Part shown: positions 51,732 through 64,000 of the stretch, piece by piece
Layout of the letters: each line of letters opens with the position of its first letter
Numbering within the stretch: position 1 is the stretch's first letter
Assembly: GCF_022539665.2 (NCBI RefSeq)
Contig: NC_081333.1
Location: 7,936,001-8,000,000 of the forward strand
DNA from: Daphnia carinata
Lineage: Eukaryota
Direction of reading: 5' to 3'
Length of the DNA: 64,000 bases
The notes under the pieces: model-generated
The model's database searches: none
What the model saw: only the letters and a program-made list of their open reading frames with translations
What the model was told of the DNA's origin: nothing
Program-made: the position numbers and the translations under genes

Positions 51732-53048
51732 ATGAGTCTCGAACTGAAATTGCAAGAGAACGGTGAAAACAAGTTACAGCTTCCTGGCGGCGATCTTCAA
51801 GGTTTCGTCTGTTTCACTTGGACCTCAGTTTTCCACAAATACGTAGACTATTGCAACTTGATCAGTAAGTAGCTCTTTGTTGAGGGTCATACTTGACTCA
51901 CGAAGTTCCAACATCCATAAAAGGTCGATAGATTTTAATGCTTTTTCGTTTTCCTAACAGAGATTCAGGTCACCCTCGAAGGTTACCTGGTGACTAATCC
52001 TTCCAACAAGCTCAGCAGCGGGAAAAAATTCTACACTTCCGAGATTTTGTGTATCCGAGGTGAGTCTTATCGCTTCCGGCTTTTGTCCAATCTGTTCATT
52101 TTTTATTTTAAATCCAAAACGAACGCTTATACTATTTCGTCATATCTCGTTTGAACAGGTATCTATGGAGAGAAGCGGTTGGGTGAAGTATTCCCAAAGC
52201 GATCTTTTGCGTTTCCGTTTATGGTTAGACCGAATCACCCGCAGCACATGATGCCATCATGTCGCTCTGCCAAAATGTTAAACGTGGTTTATCGCCTGAA
52301 AACACGCGTTACGTTACGTGATCACGGTCAGCAAAGATCGCCCGATGCGGCTTACACTTGCTTCAGCCACCAATTGCCATTTAATATGACACCAGGATTG
52401 ACTCCTAATCAGGCCACGCTGGAAGCTATCCAGCGGGCACGTAGTGCGTTCGAGACAAGCGGTGACAATCACGTCAACAAGGCCGTCACATTAAATGATG
52501 CATTCCAAATCAGGGCGTCACTTTCAGATCCAGTGGCTAGTGCTCAATCGCCCGGTGCGATCGAAGTTCTGGTCCGTCTAGATCAGATTCATGACACCAC
52601 CAAGCCCGTTTCAAAAATCATTGGTAAACTCATTCAGGTAAAAAATTAGGTGAACATATTCACCAGCTCGATTCGTGACTAACCGTCCCTTTCCCTAAAG
52701 GAGTGTACCATCGAAGAAGGAATGACCGTGCGTAAAAAGGCGAAATTATTTAACATTCGCCTTGATGATGGCCAATGGCGAGACCGCAAATGCGAGGAAT
52801 TATCGATTCCTTTCAATTTGCCTTCAGGTCTTTTGCCGACCCTCATCGAAAAGGATCGCAGCGCCAAAGTCTCATATCGTATCCAGGTAAATAGGCAATT
52901 CTCTGGCTTGAGAACTTCCGTTTGGAATTTGTACTCGTTGCATGTAAGCTTAATCGATTGTTTGTTTATTTTGAAACAGGTGGGCGCTCACGTTGGTAAA
53001 AAGGAAGAATGTTTCGTCACCTTGCCGCTGATTGTCGTGGCCCATTAA
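51732..53048 (+). CDS. Divergent arrestin-fold (alpha-arrestin/Vps26-like) protein
   Basis: Exons 51732-51864, 51961-52059, 52159-52637, 52701-52886, 52980-53048, phase-consistent. Arrestin-like patterns PGGDLQG, IQVTLEG, FAFPF..MMPSC..VVYRLK, PGAIEVLVRL, KLIQ, IPFNLPSGLLPT..VSYRIQV, VTLPLIV. Confidence 0.65.
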
Positions 53049-53545
53049 ATATGGTGACGTTAGTATACGATCTCGTTCTAGATTAGTAGCTGATCAACGA
53101 CGACGTCATGTGTAAACGTCATTTCTCAGTCAGACGTACAGACATTCTCAGGTCACGTCTCGACGCTGCGTGCGTTCATTTTTTTCCTCTGTTTATCCCG
53201 CAAACATCTCACGTTTCTCTCGTATTGTGTTCTTTGCGATGAAAAATAACAAAATGATCTTTGATATCCGTATTTACATTTGAACTTTTAGTCATCGTAT
53301 ATTTTACTATTCACGATCTAATTTTGTGTATACATCTGGAATGAACTAGATTGCATTGCTCTCGTGAAAAACAAACAAACAACCTTTGAACCGTTTGAAA
53401 ATATTATGTATCGCATCACGTACTTTTGTTAACGCTTAATATAAAATTGAATCTTGCAATGGACAGCAGAAACAGCAGCCTCGTTTTGAGTGTGTGTATG
53501 TGTGATTGTGTAGTTCAGTGCATCAGGCTTAGCCATTGTTCACGT

Positions 53546-54108
53546 TCAGCCGATCCGGTAATGGATCCGCGTTCGACGGCTGTGCGACTTGCCACGCGGC
53601 TGGGTGGTCGTGATCGTTGCTGGCAGAGTTGAAACTTTATCGGCTACGGGATGTGTATCACTCTGAATTCCATTGAGGTTATGGGCCGTCGGTGATTGGT
53701 CTCCTGTACAAAACTAGGTTGTAAACATTAAACGCTCTATTTTGGATGGACTGAGCCAAAGAAAAGCCAAGCGCATCGATTTCCTATAGCCAAAAGCCCC
53801 GTTCGATTTGAGCGATGTAACGGATGTTAATTGCCGGATTCAACAGGGATCGACACGGAAACAGAATGCGCCAGGAAATTGCATCAAGCTCTATGTACTT
53901 GTAAAAAGAAAACTCTATAGCCATTAACTTTGTAACCATCCAGTTTAAATCCGGTTTGGCAATGGTATACAGAGCGTGAGTAATAAAAAAGGACGATGGA
54001 ACTCTAACCTTTCAAACTGGCCGATGAGACAGCCTGGACGTTGAGGAAGACGAACAGCAATATGGAGCACAAGGCGATCCATCGTACAACTTGAAAGAAA
54101 TTTTTCAT
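53546..54108 (-). CDS. 85-aa secreted peptide precursor (candidate neuropeptide or amidated peptide); not in the ORF track
   Basis: Exon 54108-54009 encodes MKNFFQVVRWIALCSILLFVFLNVQAVSSASLK with donor AAAG|GTTAGA. Exon 53703-53546 follows acceptor TTTTGTACAG| and encodes GDQSPTAHNLNGIQSDTHPVADKVSTLPATITTTQPRGKSHSRRTRIHYRIG*. The phase-1 splice is consistent. Confidence 0.65.
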
Positions 54109-56977
54109 CTCGCACAATTTGGAATAAATCCTACTGTTCAAGAAAGCGGAGTACTAGAACTGAAGAGTGAAATGTGAGTCGTTTCGATTTACTTCGATGT
54201 GACAGACTGCAGGACTATGAATTTACTGAGAAACGGGTCAGAACACGTCTCGACGTCCTTTCGTCTCTTTGTTTACTGATGGGACTAAATGCGCGTAGCA
54301 TTCGTTTTATTCGAATTGTGACGAACCAAAACGACTTTAAAAAAAAAAAAAGAGAATGAAAATAAATAGTTCCGTGGGGGGGGGTTCGTGACAGCTCAAA
54401 GCGGAAACCAGATAATATGTAGAGAAAGAGCGCGGATGCCGGCAAGGATGAACAAAGTATGCCTTGACCCCAATCCGCCAAAGCGTGTATGTGTTTGCTA
54501 TAAACGACTGGACGTTAGCAAGACAAGGTTATTCAAAACAAGTCTCTGATTTATGGCAGTCGCAGGACGCTCACGGACACGTTTCACGTCGTAGACTCAT
54601 CATCAATTGATTCACCGGAGTTTGGTCCCACACACGTGGGGATTTCTAATGACGAATCGTGACCCATACCACAATTTACATAAAATGGATAAAGCAACCC
54701 TTTAATTGATTTCAGCCTGCCACGAAACTCTATGCGAATTTGGTTAACGAACTGTAACCCAGTTGCGAAGGCACAATAGGATAATGTACTACATCCTCCC
54801 AACGCCATTGACTACAATAGGTACCCGTCAAAGCTCAGACACGTTGTTTTTTTAATAAAATTTTTTTTTCTGAATGGAAGAATTTTAAGGCTTTCTTTAT
54901 TCAGTCTTATTGTGCGTATAAGCGACCTTAATAATAGACGTGTTGAAACGTAGGATACATTGAACTCATTTAACTGTTTTAATAGTGGTGTACGCGACGA
55001 CGTACGTGAAGCGAGATAGCTTCACGCATTCTATCGGGAGGAAGTAAATCTGCGGGAGAAGTAAATTTGAATGCCATCTAGCGGCTTTGGTAGCTTATCC
55101 CGATGTTTATGGGTATGCGGTTGACTTTGAAAAAAAAAAATCATGTCAGGAAAAAAGAAAAGAAATATGCAATGAATAAAAGAGAGAGGGAGAGACGAGT
55201 ATTTGCACATTCAGGCAGAACAAGATAAGTAAAAGAAATAAAAGAAAAGCACTTTTTTTTACAGGCCAAATAAAAGACAGGAGCGGAAAGAAAGAAGAAA
55301 AAAAAATTCCCTATCCCTCTCGTCTCCTTCGTGACTGCGGTTATTACATTTCCCTCTCGGGAAAAGATCAGCCGGCCGCAGTTTTTCTCTTATTTCTTTT
55401 TTGTTTCTTCCCCATTTCACGGTCACCGCCCGCAGCGATGCCGGCGTACATATATTTTTTTTTTGTGTGTGTTCCTTCTGTTTCTTGAATAAAGAAGAAC
55501 GACCCAGCCAAAGAGAATATTCCCCACCCCCTCCCCCTCCTTGATGTTCTTGGATGTTGAACTCTTGGCAGTTCAATTCCTCCGTTTTCTCTTCTTCCGC
55601 CTTCTTTTTTTTATCCATTCAGCGACCGATGTCTACATGCGCCAAAAAGAAGCAGTGCTCCAAATCACGCGGGCGGAACGAAGAAAAAAGGGACTTACTA
55701 ATAACTAATAAATAAACACGCAAAAAAAACATTTTTTTTGGGTTATGTACATCGTTTTATTTATTATTATTTCATGACATAAAAGAAACACACACGTGAT
55801 GTAACATCATTAGAATTATAACATGCTTTATGTGCCTTTTTTTTTTTTTACACGCACTGACATACACACATACGCCAATATAATCAAGAAATATGTTGTC
55901 GTGAGAATGATGCGGGCAGCCAATAATGGAACAATAGTTAAAAAAAAAAAAAAGGAGGAGAAAATTGCACAATTGAAAATAGCACCCAAGAAAACAAGTG
56001 CTTGAAATTTAATTGCGTGATTTCTTGTTAGCCGAAATCCGCGAGTAGTTAAGTTCAGCACGATATACCGTGGGCGAGTTTGGTATCCACACTAGCAGTA
56101 CACACAATAACGAAACTTGTTCGGCAAACAACAATGGATGTTAGTGGGAATGCTCATTTGTTTTTTTTAGTTATTAAAATATTTTTGTTTTGTTTGCTTG
56201 TTATGTTTATCGGCGATTTTATCTTAAGTGTTCCTGTCGAAAGTCTTAAATGTTTTGGTTTTTTCAGAAAACAAACAAACAAAAAGACACGCAACGGTAG
56301 AAACAACAAAAATAATAGATATCTATATGACGAATCGAACGGAGGTGTTGGCGGCCCAAATACATAAAGCCATTATTATTAGAATTAGATCAACTCGTTT
56401 CGTTTTTTCCCCCATGAATGCGTAAATGTCTTTTATAATGTTTACTATGGCCTTGTCTTCACAAAATAAAAAGGGAAAAAACAAAACACACAAAAAAAAA
56501 CAAGTTTTCTATGCTTCTTCCTCTTCATTCAACCATTCTTCTTTCGTCTTTTAATTTTTTCTTCTTTCCATCTCCGCCTTCTTCATTCTGTGTGTCTCTT
56601 GCTGGTATTCCACTCTCTCGTAGGGGAGCCGACCTTTAACCCGCGAGTCACGCAAGTTACACAAGTCCCGCAGCAAAGGTGGAAAAAATATGTACAGTTG
56701 TTCCTCCTCTCCAGCAGCTCTTTGTCTCCCGCCATCATCATCATCATCAATGCACTCGAGTCCCGCTTTAGAAGCAAAAACACACACACAACATGAAAAT
56801 AAAGAGAAAGGAAACAAAAATAAGCAAAAATATTCAGATATCAAACAGTATAATCAGATGCACAGTATACGACGAGAAGGACGGAGATTTGAATTTCAAA
56901 AAAAAAAAAGAAGCGGAAAATAATGGAAGTCTAGAAAACAAAAGAAAAAGACAAAAAAAAAATATGATAATAATAAT

Positions 56978-59900
56978 TTACTTGGCCGAGTAATGCGAGC
57001 CAGAGATGGAGCCTGGTCCGGGACCGTGATGGACGTCGCCGTTTCCGTTCCGCGGATCACGCCGTTGTTGAGTGGCTGTATGATTCTGATGGCCGTTCTG
57101 CTGTCGTTGGCCGTGATGAACTCCGTTGGCCCCTGGCGCCGAATAGCGGCTTCCGGGCCGTGAATGGACGATGGCATAATGATCGCTGTTGGTCGAGTAG
57201 GAGCGGGTCGAGTTCATGGTCGAGCCAGCCGAGATGTAGCCCGGTTTGCTCACCCCGTTCAGCGAGTAGCTAATGAACGCCAACAAATCATTTTCCATTA
57301 GTCCGTTGTCTCGTTAGTCGACGCCTCCAGCCAGGACCAGGAGGTAACCTATAGTCTTTTAAGCCCCACGTCTTCTCAGCTGTATTTATGTACAGTGTAC
57401 AGGTAAGTGCTATAGTATTTAGTGTCTGTTTCGTTAACACACACACACAGAGAGAGAGACACATACCGTGATCCGTATTGCGATCCGTGCCAGGAGCGAT
57501 AAGGGTCATACTCCTCGATGATGCTGGGCTCCTTCTCGATGACTTCGGTCTTGGAACAGGAGCAGGTCATGGCCGAACAGAGGAACACGTTGATGATGAG
57601 CATAATCAGGAAGAGGATGCCGAAAGCGATGCATAAATAGAGCAGCCAGAGCGGTTGGATGCCCGAACAAGTAGCCACTGCAACTAGACGGTGGTAGATA
57701 AACAATACGTTCGTATAATAATCCAAGGGAAATCGCAGTAAAGAAAGAAAGAAAACAAAAGAATAATGCAATGTGAACGGAAAACAAAACAAAACAAAAA
57801 AAGGCGCACACGGGAACAAGAAAGAACACCATCATCAAGTATTTCTCTTTCGCTTGTTTGCGCTTATTTGCTTTAGTTTTGTTCTCTTGCCAAAAATGCT
57901 CCAAGCATATCATGTTCTCTCGTCTTTCAACTACGTCCTGATTGTTGATATGAGCATTGTCCTAACGGACCGTGTGAATTTCACTTTTTGTTCATCTCTC
58001 ATTCCACTTGTTGCTGTAACAAAAAACTCAAATGGAAACGACCATTTCAAAAGTGTTGGGGACAACGTTAGCCGTTGCAACGTCTGACGAGGATTACGGC
58101 AAAATTGAAAACGAAAAGAAAAGAATAAAAAAGGATGACTAAGATTACGTGGAGCAGCTCCCGGATCGACGACATAGACGCTGTAGGAGGCCATCAGGCT
58201 CCCCTCCGAGTCGGGTACGTCGCGGCCAATGGCTCGACCCTGGGCGAAAGGAGTCACGTCGTCGTCGCAGAATGCTTCGCCGCACCCGCCTGCATTCACG
58301 AAATTCAAAAAGATTCATTAGTTGTTTATGCTCACTCTTGCCTTGTCAATTGTGAAAAAGAACAATATGGCCACTGTTGAGATTTAAAAAAAAAAAAAAA
58401 AAAGAAATATGGCTAGTTTCCTCTCGAAACAAGGGGTAAGTTCCATTAAGCCAAACAGACGGTACAAACTAGCGTGACGTGTTGTGTAACGCACCGTTGC
58501 AGACGAGGATGTCGCACTGAATGTTGACGACATTGTACTCGGCGAAACGGTACATCGGGATTTCAGCCTCGGCGTAACCTTTGTTATCATGGATAAAGTT
58601 GGTTGCGATCTTCTTCTCTGGGCATCTAATTTCAAAATAAGAAAAAAAAATGGCGTTTAGAATGCATCAGACGAAGCGGATACACAGTAATGAGGCAAAG
58701 ATTATGTTGTTTTTCGTCCGACTAATCCATCACCCGACAACGCTTTTTCCCCCTTCGCCATAAGCACAAAAGAATACACCCAACAAATGCAAATTCAGTC
58801 GTGCGTTCGCTACGACGGACAAAAGAATTCACCTTGACCAGCTTCTTTCTGATTTTCAAAAAATGCATTTTTTGTGTGTGTGTGTGTATGTGTTATTTTA
58901 TGCTAATACATGTAGTCGATGAGGTGCTGCCCGTGTGTTGTTTATACACGTCGTAGACGAACAGGAAGTCATATTATGGCCAAATGCCAGAGAGCATCAG
59001 CAGTAGATTTCGTGCCGTCATCATCCTGAAAAAAAAAAAACATTCTTCTTTTCTTTTCCCCATCTCATTCCCGACCCATAAAGCCATCAATGTCTGGCAA
59101 TATATACCTGGGAAAATAAAAGTTACTGCTATTCTCTGAGATATTCTTTTTGCTAATAAGCAAATGCCCTTCCCTTCGGATATGCTAATAATGAATCGCA
59201 AAATATGACTTTGCAAAGCATTTATCGATGGCCGTCTAGAATTTATTCTAAAGATTGGCAAAGGTCATCGGAGCCGAGTTTCGGAAAGCTAAAAGGCGAA
59301 GCATCTACGTTCTTGATTTCAATCAACATAAATATGCCTCGACGCGCTTAATAAAACTTAATTGAATTTCTCGAACGGAAAACGTTCGTCTTGCACAACA
59401 GTATGCCACACACGTTCAAACAAAACATAATTAAAAAGATGAACAAAAATAAGTTTTCACCTGACGTGAAATAGCAAAGAAAAAAAAAGGGGTATTGAGT
59501 TCCGTAACAGTTAACGACATCATTTCAGTTTGAGCTTATTTCTTTTTAAAACTTACCCTCGTTTATCGAACAATGGAATGACGCTGCTGTTGGGTCCGCC
59601 GTAGGTGAAGCACGAAGACGGTCGGAATCCGTAAAAACCTGGAAAAAGAAATGTTCAAAAAAGAAGATGATAGAAACGAGGTCGTAAATAACTTGGACTG
59701 GTAAGTCCTCTTTTCATTCTCTTGTGTAATGAACATTGAGGTCGTCGATTCATTTCTTTCTAGTTTATTTAGTTTTCTTTCTTTCTCATATAGATGCACA
59801 GTAGACATAGTCAACTGGAGAGCTATATATCGGGCAGCTGTTGAACGAGCAACGCGCGGAATGAAGCCGCCAGAGGAATGTGTTACCAACAAGGCGAGGA

Positions 59901-62900
59901 GGGCAACAGTCATAACCATCCAGTCATTTAGTTTATGTTCCAAAAAGGAAGAACGAGCTAGGGAAAACACAGCTTTTCCGTTTTCCCTTTTTTTTTGTTA
60001 GTTCTCTCCCCTTGTTCGCCTTGATTTTTCATGGTCTTCGTCAAGGTTACCTAGACACTGCTGGACCAATGCCTAATTTGGCTATTCAGATGTTACACCT
60101 TGTTGGAAACTCCCCAAAAAGGAATATGTTCAAATGTTGCCCTCTAAACTCTCTCTCTCTTTTGCTCATCCCACCCTCTTGTGAAATAGGTGTGTAAACT
60201 ATGCATAAGGTATTTTGAAATCAGCTTTTGTTTTTTTTTTTCGTCTTTGTTGCTTTTCTTTTATCTTTTTTTTTTTTCAAACAAGTTTTTTTTGACGATG
60301 ACCGCTGTTCACGCAGATACAAGGATTTCGTGACCGAGCTGCATGCCAGTTCTCCGTCAATACCGTTTGCATACGAATTATCCAAAGTGAGAAGAAGAGA
60401 GAAAAAAAAAAAGAAGAATTTTTACAGCGCGAAACGGATCAAATGGATGGACCGTGAAAGAAAAGCGAAGAAGAAAATTGCTGGAGGAAAAAAGATTCCA
60501 CCCCTTCCCTCTCAAATTGAAACGGATGTAACGATGACGAAGAAAACATTTTCACATGTTCTTTGCCTTGTTTTCTGCCCTTTAAAAGCCAGACAAATCC
60601 CAGCCCAAAATTTTTGAAAAAATAAATAAATAAAACGTACTGTCGAGATTGTTAACGCCGACTCTGAGTTTGTATTTGCGGCCGTAGACGGCCTCGGTGA
60701 CTCGCTTGTTGTCCTCGCTGTATAGTCTCATGTAGGCGTCGGCCGTCTCGTTTCTATATTTTGGCGTGTGTGTGACAATACGAAAAAGGACGGGAAAAAA
60801 AAAGAAAAGAAAGAAAAAGAATCATTAATAACCGCATTCCGGTCGTTTGAAAAGACATTACAAGTATCTTTTTTCCTCTAGGAAAAAACAACAAACAGCA
60901 GCATCCCCAGCGATGGCAACAGTCGGCAAAGGGCGGTGGCCGCGCGCCCGTTGCAATCGCAACGGCAATCCGTTTCCCGTGAGCGGTGCATAATGAACCA
61001 TTTCAAAAAAGGTCTAACGACTCCCCCCTCTTGACCCGACCCCTTACTAATGGCAAAACGCAACGGAATGTTCCTCGTAACTCTTCTTTTATTTTATCTA
61101 TTTTTTTTTTCTCATTTTCTGTTTGGCAATTTGAGTTTTCTGTTTTCCTACACGCTTCTCCTTTTTTTCCCTTTCTTCTTCTTCTTTTTAAATCTCGTGA
61201 ATCGTTTTCCTGCTAGATTAAGACTTATACGTTGCGTTTTCAGTGGCCGCTGGCCGCAGACGCCGCCGCCGCTCATTTTCTCGTATTACGGAATTTGTTT
61301 TCAATTGATTCACGAGGCCGGTGATTAGGTCAGGCTTTAATAACAACACGTCTAGCAAATCACAATGCGTAAGAGAAGCGCTAATTGGTAGGTAAGCAGC
61401 TCGGGCAAAATGCGCTTTCGGCGCTGCCTTTGTGTGTCGCGGATGTGTTTTCTTCATCTCTTCAGTTGATATTTTCAGGAGAGAAAAAAAAACGAAGTAT
61501 TTCGCAACGTGTTCGGAAAGATCGTCGTGACGGGTTGATAATATCTCCCGCTCGTGCCGTGCTGGCCCCTAGCGGAGACCTTCAACTAAATCGTTCAAAA
61601 AAAGAATCCGTCCGCGTCTCGCAAGAAAGTGTACGTACAATACAAGTCAAAAGGAAACGCAAAAAGCAGCACACATTTCTATGTTATCGTTTTCGTCTCC
61701 CTCCCCCCTCTTTTTTTGCGTTTCCGTAGACTACACAATCAAAAATTGTGTTAAAAAAAAAAAGATCAAAAACTCCCTTCCGGAGAACAACCGACAAACA
61801 AATGATAACTCAACGCCAATCATCAAGTCCTTCGGTTAATTCTTGTAAAGGATGACACAGTCCATCGTGACGGGATTTCACGCTAAAAACGAACTGGAAA
61901 TTTTGGCTAAACAAGTCACGTATTGTGCTCGTGCAGCAAAGGATTCAGAAGCTGGGCAGCAAAACATGGCCGCCGACGCTCAATGACGTCACATCGAGTG
62001 AAAGTTTCGTCGATAAATCGAGCGTGAGATTCCAAAGCATTTGCATAAATGACATCAGCCGTGAAAGAATGCTGACTGCCATTATCGCGCCATTCACGCC
62101 CACTCAAATTCGTACACCCGCGTCAATACGTTCTCGCAACGGGAGGGAATGGGAGGCGAAAAACGTCGATGTTTTTTTTTTTTCTTCTTTTCTCGTTGGT
62201 ATGGTAATGAAAGAGATTCGGAATACAAGCATCTGAACAATGAAATTGCGAAAGTACCGACCTTGAGTTGCGAAAGGCTGATCGGCCGCAAGTGATGACG
62301 TAATATTTGTCGTCGCCGAGCTCCAGCGTCCGGTGGAACCGCACGGCGATCGGGACGGATCGTTCGCTCGTCCGCTGTGAAGCAACAAACAAATGAAATT
62401 AAAAAAACAAACCCATGGACAAACCCGCTGAAAAATGAGGCACAAAAAAAAATATATTAAATTGAGTCGCCCTTCATCATCTTTGCAAATCTCATTATGA
62501 CCAATGATGGATAGATCTAAAGGCGGATTGAGAAGGGGTACTCTTTTGACAGTTCAAAGTCATTCGTTCCCCGAAGGCCCTCTTTTTTTCCATTCCAGCA
62601 ATTGTATTTTAATCGCTTCAAGGTGAGTACGTACCTACGCACACATACACAAGAAACACCCACCCACCCATGTGTTGCCTCGTCCACAAGGCACGGTACA
62701 GTGGGCGAATGTGCAAAGTTATCCATCCGGAAACGACGGTTTATATATTTATTTAATGCAAGACAATGGGCTTCAACTTGTAGTGCCATCTTTTTCCCTT
62801 TTTCAGCAAAGAGTGTGCACACACACACACACACACACGAAGAGAATGAAAAGTAAAGAGACTACTAGGACATAGCGCCCTCCAGGCGTTGCGCATCGCC

Positions 62901-63308
62901 CGGACGGGCTGAACCGGTCATCCGTTCATGCCAACCGCCATCTTTAAATAAATATTTCCCACTTTCTTTTCTCGTTTTAGATTTCAGGTCCTTTTCCGTT
63001 CTTTTCTTTTTCTTTCCATTCCCACGGCATGTGTGTGTGTGTGTGTGTGAGTAGGCAGTCATAAGGCATGTCTCTATCAGGGAGAATGTCATTGCTGGCC
63101 AACAGGCAAGAAAAACAAAAGAGGACAAGGAAAATAGGTGGGCGGTTGAAACTTACGTCGTTGATGTAGACGCCGCAGAAATCCGTGTCGTTCGGGCGGG
63201 CCAGCATGTTGATACGCAAATTGGCCGTCGTGTTGCCGTCACCGTAGACCGTGCAGGCCGGACTTCGCTTGCAATCGCCTCTCGCCCGATCGCACACGTG
63301 CATCACGC
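56978..63308 (-). CDS. ZP-domain (cuticlin-like) single-pass membrane protein; 5' end lies beyond the window
   Basis: Exons ~63308-63157 (CTVYGDG..FCGV), ~62375-62262 (VRFHRTLELGDDKYYVITC), ~60734-60642, ~59638-59557 (SCFTYGG..LFDKRG), ~58625-58495 (CPEK..MYRFAEYNVVNIQCDILVC), ~58289-58151, ~57683-57467 (TM WLLYLCIAFGILFLIMLIINVFLCSAM), ~57268-56978 (Tyr-rich cytoplasmic tail). The ZP Cys pattern is present. Confidence 0.85.
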
Positions 63309-64000
63309 CTGTAAAAAAGCGACACACACGCAAAGAAATACACCTTAATTAAAGAGACACCGCAATAACAGTCACGTGTGTTAGAATCATTCATTTCAGA
63401 AAGAAACGATTATGTTTTCCAACTTTTGCTTCATTTCCATTCGCGTTGGAAAGATGAATTTGCAGTTTTCTCTTTTGTACAAGGCTAAAGAATCAACCAC
63501 AGACGTACGTGTTGGAGAATTCACGATATATCTATCATTCCGTTGGCTGCGTGTCGGATCGATTGAAAGACCGATAAAGGACATTTGCTGTGTGTGTATA
63601 TGATTTTCGGCTAGGAATTCTCACGCTGTATACACAGCACAGATACAAGTTATGCTGTTGCGGAAGGACAATAAAAATGTTGCACGCTCTATTTCGAAAA
63701 CAAAAATCAGCCCGAAACGCAATTGTTTTTAAAATTACACACGCATCGTACAGAACAAATGTGCTACACATGTTCTTTTTCGTTATTTTGTTGTTTTGTT
63801 CTGCCTCCTCATCCGCCTTTTACCGATAACACGGCAGAGAGAAGAGCGTAACAGCACCTCACTGCTTGCGCTTTGCGTGGTTGTTTTTGTATTTCGTGTT
63901 ATTACCGATCGTTGTGGGAGTGGTCGTACGTGATTGCCTGCCTAACGAAAAACAATGGGAAAATATCGCAGTCATATTTATGTGTGTCTATAACGCCTGA

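Noticed and set aside
53546..53600. Calling the small precursor Hyrg, ETH or CAPA
   Set aside because: It lacks the HYRG-F continuation and the PRxamide motif. The resemblance is only 3-4 residues.
54900..64000. Numerous short ORFs in the ZP gene introns and 3' UTR
   Set aside because: Low-complexity A/T runs and CA repeats. Only the listed minus-strand exons form a coherent protein.

Overview
Eukaryotic, intron-rich arthropod DNA. Many ~60-80 nt introns and the gene set suggest a crustacean, most likely Daphnia (inference). The first ~3.9 kb is a 164-bp AT-rich satellite interrupted by a hairpin-rich ~600-bp spacer that recurs after 1889 bp. Gene-dense sequence follows: secreted DNA/RNA non-specific nuclease (-), ORC1 (-), an atypical NOX5-type NADPH oxidase (+), HIRA (-) head-to-head with FTSJ3/SPB1 (+), a JHBP/takeout-like protein (-), a GPR161-like orphan GPCR (+), PBK/TOPK (-), two head-to-head tRNA-derived/LTR-like elements, a DM4/DM12 protein (+), a divergent arrestin-fold protein (+), an 85-aa secreted peptide precursor missed by the ORF track (-), and the 3' part of a ZP-domain membrane protein (-). 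The best candidates for new biology are two. (1) A NOX5-lineage oxidase with no EF-hands, whose EF-hand-binding segment is rebuilt as a CxxC-x32-CxxC insert and whose conserved C-terminal Phe is Ser. (2) A putative neuropeptide precursor ending RRTR-IHYRI-G-stop. All gene models were spliced by eye and no database searches were run.
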